Notes under the pieces: model-generated
Told to the model about the DNA's origin: nothing
The model's input: the letters and a program-made list of their open reading frames with translations, nothing else
Databases searched by the model: none
Assembly (NCBI RefSeq): GCF_009914755.1
Contig: NC_060941.1
Source: the human T2T-CHM13v2.0 reference genome, Homo sapiens
Direction: 5' to 3' (one strand)
DNA length: 64,000 nt
Program-made: the position numbers and the translations under genes
In this document: piece after piece, positions 53,437-64,000 of the stretch
How positions within the stretch are numbered: position 1 is the stretch's first letter
How the letters are laid out: the number at the start of each line of letters is the position of its first letter

Positions 53437-55156
53437 TGAGCCACCGCACCTGGCCTAGAGATGGGGTTTCACCATGTTGGTCAGGCTGGTCTCGAACTCC
53501 TGACCTCAGGTGATCCGCCCGCCTTGGCCTCCTAAAGTGCTGAGATTACAGGTGTGAGCCACTGCGCGCCCGGCCGTGGGTCAATCATTTTGAGTTTGGG
53601 TCACGTGTTCACCACTTTGCAGCCCCCACTGGAACCACAGTGATGAGTTTTCAGGCATCAACCAATAGGAGACAAGCATATGTAGATCAAAATAGTACCA
53701 TTATTACTGGTAAAGATGTTTGTAAATGTGGCTTTATTTTCTCTGGTCAAATTGGCTTTTTAATAATTCACCCTTGCTGGGTGCTGTGGCTCCTGCCTGT
53801 AATCCCAGCACTTTGGGAGGCCGAGGCGGGTGGATCACCTGAGGTCGGGAGTTCGAGACCAGCCTGACCAACATGGAGAAACCCCATCTCTACTAAAAAT
53901 ACAAAATTAGCCGGACGTGGTGGCGCATGCCTGTAATCCCAGCTACTCAGGAGGCTGAGGCAGGAGAATCACTTGAACCCGGGAGGCGGAGGTTGTGGTG
54001 AGCCGAGATCACCCCATTGCACTCCAAACTGGGCAACAGAGTGAAACTCCGTCTCAAAAAAAAAAAAAAAAAAAATTCACCCTTGATTGCCTAGTCCTGG
54101 GGAGCTTTTACTGTGTGACCAAGAACAGGCAGGAACACATGCCCGTTCCAGGTGAGCAGGTTGCCAAAAGAGAACCCAGATGAAGCTGAACCACCACATG
54201 TCCCTTCATCCCAAACCCACTATGTTAATTATTTGTCCCATTAATGAAATAGCTGCATTTCTTCTTCTGGGAACATGGTGGGCTCCCTCTTAGAGTGAAG
54301 TGCAGGTATGTTACTTGCTTTAGCCAGTTACATGTCATTAGTTGTGACGCGTGTCACCTCCAGCTGGGAGCTTTAAGAGCCTGTGGTTGATTGGCTGCAC
54401 AAACTCTTTTTCCACTTGATATGGCAACAGTTAGTGGTCCAGGTGGTACCTGCTTCATTATCCTATGTTCTGGAATGAGGACGACATGGAGAGGAGCCCC
54501 AAGACAACAAACAGTGACATGGAGCTTGAGCAACGAAGAAATATTTGCTGTTTTAAGCAACTGAGATTTTGCAGTTGCTTGTTACCACAGCATAACCTTG
54601 CCTATCCTGACTGCTACATTCACCAGTCAGATAAGGTGCTCCATCTTCTTTGCAGGAGGAAAGAAGAAGAAGTAGGGAGAGAAGTTAGGGGTTTTCTTCT
54701 ATCTACCTGGAAATATGAATAGGAAATAAATGCTTCCTCCTAATACATATTATTAAGCTAAGGATGGAGGAGCACTTCCCAAAAGGAAAAATGGATCAGT
54801 CAGGATTATGGTTATAAGCAGCAGAATACAACTTTGGTGATGTTTGTAGAAAATGGTGTTTGCGGACAGGATATTGGATAGTCACCGAGTCTCCAGAAAA
54901 GCTGGAGAATCGAGCCTATAAAACAGGCAGGAGTGTGGGAGGTAACACAGTCCAAGCTACCACCAAAAACACTCCGCAGAACTGGTCTGTCAAGCATGCA
55001 CCGTAGATTCACACGACCTTCACCCCCCCGCCACTGGGTGTCCTGGTCAGCATGACAACAAAGCCCACAGTGACAGGAATGCTCACAACAGATGCTGCTG
55101 CTTGTACTGCTGACAGTGCCACTCCTGCCCCTGCTGCTGTCACCACTGTAAAATAG

Positions 55157-55688
<532 letters not shown>

Positions 55689-56111
55689 TGAGACTATTTT
55701 GGGAAGCTGCCCAAGCTCCAGTATGTCTAGATGCTCTGTAATCATCATTCCCTGGTGTTGGCGGCTTCCCTGATGGTGCTGCAAGGAGCAAGTGCATGTC
55801 TGTCTCTGTCCTCTCAACTACTCTGGAGCATTCTTCTCATGCTGGGGGCGATCCCCACTCCTCTGACCACTGTCCGCCTACCCTGCTCTGCAGATTTTCC
55901 AGGATGCTTTGAATATATCCGGCGTGAGACTGGACAGTTCAAATGCTGGCTCTGTGACTTAGAGCAAATGACTTAGCCTTTGTGCCTCAGTTTTTTCTGC
56001 TGAAAAACACTGTAATAGGCCGGGCGCGGTGGCTCACGCCTGTAATCCCAGCACTTTGGGAGGCCGAGGTGGGCGGATCACGAGGTCAGGAGATCGAGAC
56101 CATCCTGGCTA

Positions 56112-56367
<256 letters not shown>

Positions 56368-56575
56368 TCATTTGGGTTCTCCCAGAAGCACACCCTGAGA
56401 CAACGATTTGAGAACAGGTAGTTAACAGGGAGGTAACCCCATGATACAATAGTAAAGGTGTAAGAAACTGAGATAGGGAAGGGAAGAAAGTCAGTAAGGT
56501 GGGGTACAAAACCAGTTTCTACTATGAGCAACTAGAGATTGATCCCACTGGGGAACTCTGGGTGACAGCATAGAG

Positions 56576-57107
56576 CAGGGTTGAACAAACTGTGGCCTGG
56601 GCCATAAAATAGTTTTATCAGAACAGCTGCTCCTATTCAATTATATATGGTCTGTGGCTGATTTCACAGTATAATAGCCAAGTGGAATAGTTGTGATAGA
56701 GACTGTATGGCTTGCAAAGCCTAAAGTATTTACTTATTTATTTTTAACTTTTTTTTGTTTTTGAGAGAGTCTTACTCTGACTCCCAGGCTGGAGTGCAGT
56801 GACGCGATCTCTGCTCATTTGCAACCTCCGCCTCCCGGGTTCAAGCAATTCTCCCGCCTCAGTCTCCTGAGTAGCTGGGATTACAGGCATGAGTCACCAC
56901 GCCTGGCTGTTTTTTTTTTTGTTTTTTGTTTTTTTTGTATTTTTAGTAGAGACAGGGTTTCACCATGTTGTCCAGGCTGGTCTTGAACTCTTGACTTCGT
57001 GATCTACCCACCTCGGCCTCCCAAAGTGCTGATTACAGGCGTGAGCCACTGTGCCCGGCCTATTATCTGGATTTTTTTTTTTACAGAAAAAGTTTGTCAG
57101 CTCCTGA
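56576..57107. mobile_element. MER58A-like hAT MITE split by an Alu
   Basis: cagggttgaacaaactgtggcc ... gagactgtatggcttgcaaagcctaaagtattta ... acagaaaaagtttgtcagctcctg; imperfect terminal inverted repeats. Confidence 0.65.
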
Positions 57108-57746
57108 TGTAGGACATGTGTTAGAGATATCCCAACCTAGGAGCAAGGAAGCTAGGAAATTTGTCAATTCTCCCTGTGTTACTAGTGGATGGCTTCCCTT
57201 CAGCTCTCTTCTCCTCCTTCCACCTTTCAGTCTCCGTCTTCTAGGCTTTTGCTTGTGCAACATCAAGGCCAATGACAGTTACATTTACTTTTGTGGCTAT
57301 AATTAAGTCTTCCTTGCTTTGTCCATCTGTTGATTCTAAGAGTTGAAAGGCAATGAACAGTGTTTACCTTATACATTGTGACTATATAAATATCTTTTGT
57401 TGCAGAGCTAGTAATCACTTAGATTACATTTCCTTTCTTGAACTATTTGTAATTACCTTCTGAAAGACAATGTTTGATACATTCACAAGATATTATGAAA
57501 TCTATGTTAGCTGTAAATGATTATAATATAATAAATACCTGGCCAGGCACAGTGGCTTGTGCGTGTAATCCCAGCACGAGCTGTAATCCCAGGCCAAGGC
57601 AGGAAGATCGCTTGAGCCCAGGTGCACCACCACACCTGTAGTCCCAGCTACTTGGGAGGCTGAAGTGGGAGGATTGCTTGAGCTCAGGAGTTCAGCTATG
57701 ATAGTGTCACTGCACTCCAGCCTAGGTGACAGAGCGAGATTTGTCT

Positions 57747-57780
<34 letters not shown>

Positions 57781-60341
57781 ATATGCCTGCACCTATCACC
57801 CAACTCAGGAACTAGACTCTTATTAATAATGCATATGTGCTCGTGTAACATTCCTCATCTCACTCCTATGCCTTCTTGAGAAGTAACCATCATATGATAT
57901 TTCATGTTTACTGTGCCACTGCTTTTTAAAAACTACCATGCAATCATAAGCTTACATAAGCTTAAACAATGCATTGGTTGTTGAGCTTGGTTATAGGCTC
58001 TATAAAAATGGCATCATATGTACTGTGTAGTCTTCTGGGGGTTACATTTTTCAGGAAACATTCTATTTCCAAGATTCTTCTGTGTTGTGTGTTGCTGTGA
58101 GAAATGCTTATTATTAAAAACCCTTAGAAACTCCAGGAAAAAGCTGGGTGCAGTGGCTGATGCCTGTAATCCCAGCACTTTGGGAGGCCGAGGCGGGTGA
58201 ATCACGAGGTCAGGAGTTTGAGACCCACCTGGCCAACGTGGTGAAAGCCCGTCTCTACTAAAAATACAAAAAATTAGCTGGGCGTGGTGGCGGGCACCTG
58301 TAATCCCAGCTACTTGGGAGGCTGAGGCAGGACAATTGCTTGAACCGGTGGGGGCACAGGTTGCAGTGAGCTGAGATCACACCACTGCACTCCAGCCTGG
58401 GGGACAGAGTGAGACTCCGTCTCAAAAAAAAAAAAAAAAAAAAAGAAACTCCAGGAAAAACTTAAAAACTAAAGAGGATTCGAGGGAGGAAGCCCAATCC
58501 TGACGACACTGGCTCTGTGTAAATGACATTCCCAGCAGGCCCACCACCCCCTCTCCCAGTGTTCTCCCCTCCTTCTCCCATCTTCAAGATTCTGTCTTCT
58601 GGCTGGGTGTGGTGGCTCATGCCTGTAATCCCAGCACTTTGGGAGGCCGAGGCGGGCAGATCACGAGGTCAGGAGATCGAGACCATCCTAGCTAACACGG
58701 TGAAACCCCATCTCTACTAAAAATACAAAAAATTAGCCAGGCGTGGTGGTGGGCACCTGTAGTCCCAGCTACTCGGGAGGCTGAGGCAGGAGAATGGCAT
58801 GAACCCGGGAGGCGGAGCTTGCACCACTGCACTCCAGCCTGGACGACAGAGTGAGACCCTGTCTCAAAAAAAAAAAAAAAAAAGATTCTGTCTTCTGACC
58901 CAGTGCCCCAACTGTAGCTGCTTGTTCTAAGGATGACACTCGTCCCTGGCAGGGCCAGAGAATGCTTGGACTTGGGACTGAGAGGTCTCCCCTCCAGCAG
59001 CTGGAGGGGTCTGATACACAGCTTGGAGTGTGAGGGCCATGTTTCCCACCATGTGGACCAGAGCAGAGGAAGAGGCTGGTCTGCAGAGACAGAGGAAGAC
59101 GCCCAGGGAGGGGCAGAGACCACAGCCAGAAGAAGCGCCCTCACAGGCTTTGAATTTCAACTTTCAACCATTCCTGAGGTCCCACTGCACAGGTGACATC
59201 AGGATTCATAGTTCACTCTCCTTTTGCTTACAAGGAGAGTTAATTTGGAGAGTTAATCTGTTCCATGATTTGCAGATGCCACTGACTGGCAAGGATGCTT
59301 GCCAGGAATTATCTTCTGCATTTTTGCTCTTTCCCTGTTTGCTAGTGAAAGACTGTAAAAACAATTAAAATGATAATTTAACAACATAATTACCAGTTGC
59401 TGGGAATTTACTATGAACTAGTGAGTGCTTTTTGATCATTATCTCATTCAGCACTCTTACCAAGTCTATGAGAAAAATATTGTTCCTGTGTTACAGATGA
59501 GTAAACTGAGGCATAAGGAAGCTATATGACATCCAGGTTCACAGGGCTATTAAGAGGAAGACCCGGCTGCATGTGGTGGCACACACCTGTAATCCCAAGA
59601 CTTTGGGAGGCTGAGACAGGTGGATCACCTGAGGTCAGGAGTTTGAGACCGGCCTGACTGACATGGTGAAATCCTGTCTCTACAAAATACAAAACATTAG
59701 CTGGGCGTGGTGGCTCATTCCTGTAATCCCAGCTACTTGGGAGGCTGAGGCAGGAGAATTGCTTGAACCCAGGAGGCGGAAGTTGCAGTTAGCTGACCAA
59801 GATGGCGCCATTGCACTCTAGCCTGGGCAACAAGAGTGAAATCCCATCTCAAAAAAAAAAAAAAAAAAAGGCGGGGAAGACCCATTTTTCATACCTTTGC
59901 CTGTTGGACCCCAAAGCCTATGTTCTTTTTTTTTAGACAGAGACTCCTTCTGGCCTGAGTGATGAAGGAAGACTGTCTCAATAAATAAATACATAAATAA
60001 ATAAAATTATAACAATCTCAGAAGGCATGACACCTCTAGGACCCATTCTCATCCTACATCCTCCTCTTTCTGGTGCTGAGAAAAAAAAGAAAGGAAAAAG
60101 AAAAGTCAAAAGAAGAGGGAAGGAACTGGTGGTGATTGACTAGCAGTGAGTAGAGCTGGGAGGGAGGTGAAGGGTTGGGGAAAGCAATGGGAAGCTCGAT
60201 GACATCTTTGCAAGACATGTCCAAAGAACAATGGAGGGAGGATCTTTTCCTGGGGATAAGCTCCTGCTCCCTCCCCCTGCTCCATCAGTGAGCATTTGGG
60301 GTTGGGGTTAGGGCAGAGGAACTAGGAAGAGAAAAGGGGAC

Positions 60342-61262
60342 TGTCCTAGTCCATTTTGTGTTGCTATAACAGAATACCTGAGGGTGAATAATTTATAAAG
60401 AAAAAAGGGCTATTTGGCTCACAATTCTGATGGCCAGAAAGCTCAAGATTGGGCATCTGTTGAGGACGTCAGGCTGCTTTCACTTATGGTGGAGGCAAGG
60501 GGGAGCTGGCTTGTGCAGAGATCACAAGGTAAGGGAGGAGCTGAAACTGTGCCCCAAACAGTTAAATAAACCAGTGATTAACAGACATTTTCGAGTTTAC
60601 AGGATGGCAGCTAAGAAACAGCTTGCTGAAATGCTGAAAAATCCCTTTGCTTATAACAGGACTGGCTGAAATCAGTGGGAACCCGTATGGCTGACAGCAA
60701 TCCGCACAGAACGAGCTTGCTGATGTCACAGCCTGAATTTCCACCTGCTGTTTCATACTAACGCCACCAAATTTGCACATGCAACCCACGAAGAACCTTG
60801 GAGATAACCAGACATGATTAAGGACTTTCTAGACTTCTCCTTTCTTTCCACCAATCACCCGCTAATCCCAGAATCCTCCCCCTAAACCTTTTCTAATAAA
60901 AGTACTGCCTTAAGACCAGCAAAGAGAGACAGATTTGAGCTGGATTCCCGTATCCTCGTGGGTCAGCTCACAATAAAGCTTTCCTTTTCTCAAAACCTAG
61001 TGCCCTAGTATTGGAGTATTGGCTTCTATGCACATCTGGCAGCGAGCACTTTTGCTTGGTAACAGCGCCAGGTTCTTTTTAACAACCAGCTATTGCGGGG
61101 AGCTAATGGAGTGAGGTCTCAGGGAAGGCGTTAATCCAATCACAAGGCATCTGCCCCCATGACCCAAACACCACCCACTAGGCCCTCTCACCTCCCATCA
61201 CCACCACACTGGGGAGCAAATTTCAGCATGAGGTTTGGTGAAGACAAATTAACCATATGCAG
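60342..61262. mobile_element. MST-type MaLR LTR containing a nested solo ERV1-like LTR (60542-61064)
   Basis: tgtcctagtccattttgtgttgctataacagaatacctgag ... atttcagcatgaggtttgg; the insert has TG...CA ends and AATAAA. Confidence 0.6.
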
Positions 61263-61465
61263 ACCACAGGAGGGCCTCTCACATACCATTGCTCATATGT
61301 AAAGGGAGGCAGAAGCTGGAGGGAGGTGTCAGATCCACAGTTCTGAGCTGTGGCCTGAGAAACAGGATTTCCGGAAAGAGTTAGAGCTGGAGCCACAGGC
61401 CAGGCAAGGTGGCTCACACCTGTAATCCCAGTGCTTTGGGAGGCCAAGTGGGGAGGATCTCATGA

Positions 61466-61603
<138 letters not shown>

Positions 61604-62288
61604 TAGCTGGGACTACAGGCATGTGCTACCACGCCCAGCTAATTTTGTATTTTTAGTAGAGATGGGGTTTCTCCATGTTGGTCAAGATGGTCTCGAACTC
61701 CCGACCTCAGGTGATCCACCCACCTCGGCCTCCCAAAGTGCAGTGATTACAGGCGTGAGCCACCGTGCCTGGCAGAGGCCAGGAGTTTGAGACCAGGCTG
61801 GGTAACATATCAAGACCCCATCTCTACAAACAATTGAAAAATTAGCCAGGCATGCTGGCACAATCCTGTAATCCCAGCTACTCAGGAGGCTGAGGTGGGA
61901 GGATCACTTGAACCCAGGAGTTCAAGGTTGCAGTGAGCCAAGGTTGTGCCACTGCATCCCAGCCTGGGCAATAGAGGGAGACCCTGTCTCTCTCTCTAAA
62001 AAAAAAAAAAAAAAAAAAAAAAATTGCTGAAGACTTGGCTTCCCTCCCCCATCTCACTGTGCCCCAGGAAAATTCCGTGGCAGTTAGGGGACCTGGCCTG
62101 CTGAATGGGTTGGGGCCTTCTCTTGGATCAAGAGTCTCTTATTTGATCGAGGTCTGTTATTAGACTTCCTCATTCTTTCTCAGACCTCAGGCTGCATGGT
62201 GGCAGCTGATGAAAATATCCAAAAGATGAGAAGAGACAATTGAGTCTGGTGAGGGAAAGGGGAGACAGAGGGTGAAGTGGTGCTCAAG

Positions 62289-62742
62289 ATGGATGCAGAG
62301 TACTCTGGGAATGAGTTCCCCAGGTCAGAAGGAGAAAGAGACCAACATCAGAGACCTGGAAAGGAAAGGAAGAGTGGGGAGGCAGGATGGGGCACAGGTG
62401 AGCTGGGACAAGATGGGAGACTGCTGTCCTCCACCCTCTCCCTCAGTAGTAACAGGTCCTTGGGCCAGCGCCAGAACTCTCCGCTGCCCTTTCAATGGAG
62501 AATCACACACAGCTTCCGCTGGATGGCCCAGGTGTTGGCCTCTGAGCTCAGCCTGGTTGCCTTTATCCTACTATTGGTCGTGGCCTTCTCCAAGAAATGG
62601 CTGGACCTCTCTAGGAGCCTCTTCTACCAGCGCTGGCCCGTGGATGTCAGCAACAGAATCCACACATCAGCCCACGTTATGTCCATGGGGCTCCTGCACT
62701 TTTACAAATCCAGGAGCTGTTCTGACTTAGAGAATGGGAAAG
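62289..62742 (+). CDS. ODF4: ODF4 (outer dense fiber of sperm tails 4) coding exon 1; the rest lies beyond the window
   Basis: aagATGG; MDAEYSGNEFPRSEGERDQHQRPGKERKSG...; TM helix LSLVAFILLLVVAF; donor AAG|GTGAG at 62743. Confidence 0.92.
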
Positions 62743-63239
62743 GTGAGCCCCTCCACCCCCCATCCCAGCCCAGGCCGCCAGCCTGTCTTGGCCTCTGTAT
62801 CTGCACCCTGGATGTATTCTTGTTCCCTCTTTCTGGTCATCTTTACTTTTTGGCCTGCAAGATGGTTCCACTGGCACTGAGACCTCCGATGATCGTTTCT
62901 CATCCTGTAGCCTGGCTAAATAGATTTGATTGGTGCAATGGAAAATGTCACTGCTTTTGATAAAACCCAGAGCCAAATCTGTGCTTCTAAGAATGCTGTG
63001 AGAGAGTTGGGCATGGTGCTGCACACCTGTAGTCTCAGCTATCCAGGAGGCTGAGGTGGGAGGATTGCTTGGGCCCAAGAATTTGAGTCCAGCCTGGGCA
63101 ATTTAGTGAGACTCCTGTCTCAAAAAAAAAAAAAAAAAAATCAGGCTGGGCACTGCGTCTCACACCTGTAATCCCAGCACTTTGGGAGGCCAAAGCAGGC
63201 AGATCACCTAAGGTTGGGAGATCGAGACCATCCTGGCTA

Positions 63240-63459
<220 letters not shown>

Positions 63460-64000
63460 TCAGCACAAGAGAATCATTCATTAATCGCCTAATTTACCAG
63501 GGACAAGAGCCCCAGTGAGATGGGGGTTTCCTTAGTCTTGTGTACCCAGAGCTTTGAGAGGACTCCTTGCAATGTCCCCTCTCAGGCCCTGATCCCACAC
63601 ATTCTCCTTTCCTTCTGCCTCAGGCCTTGCTTTTCTGGATCATTTTCCTTTTTCCACATCTGGCTTCTGTGTTCCTTCTTTCCCTGAATTCTTGCAGCTG
63701 CTTCATTCCTCATCCTTGTTTTTTTCTGTTTGTTTCGCTGATTTTTTTAGAGACAAGGTCTCACTCTGTCACCCAGGCTGGAGTACAGTGGTGCAATCAT
63801 AGCTCACTGCAGCCTCGAACTTCCAGGCTCAAGGGATCCTCCTGCTTTAACTTCCGGAGAAGCTCAGACTACAGGCCGTGGCCACCACACCTGGTTCTTA
63901 TTGTTGTTAGTCTCTGGTTATGCTGTTCCCTCACCCCTCAGGAATTTGGAGTTCTTTCCCTGCTCCTGGGGAAAACCAGAGCTTTTGACCCTTATTTCCA

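Overview
Alu-dense primate genomic DNA. The gene order RANGRF / SLC25A35 / ARHGEF15 / ODF4 and the translated proteins match my recollection of human chr17p13.1. I reconstructed exon structures by hand from GT-AG boundaries and reading phase. RANGRF (MOG1) is on +, 5 coding exons at 11031-12178, 186 aa. SLC25A35 is on -, 5 coding exons at 12747-17046, 300 aa, a mitochondrial carrier. ARHGEF15 (Ephexin-5) is on +, 15 coding exons at 34277-43229, 841 aa, a DH-PH RhoGEF. Only the first coding exon of ODF4 (62289-62742) lies in the window. Also present: an RPS24 processed pseudogene nested in an old L1 and split by an Alu, several ERV1/MaLR LTRs, hAT DNA transposons, MIR/L2 relics, microsatellites and three CpG-rich islands. 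Most ORFs in the supplied track are Alu artefacts. I found no prokaryote-like system (CRISPR, operon). The most notable signals are: an alternative SLC25A35 3' end that codes antisense through the RANGRF last coding exon; a helically phased CCAAT-box array in the ARHGEF15 3' UTR; a decayed SH3 relic and an overlapping uORF in ARHGEF15; a claudin-like signature lacking one Cys in ODF4; and two unusual palindromic structures. Repeat subfamily names and repeat boundaries are from memory and approximate.
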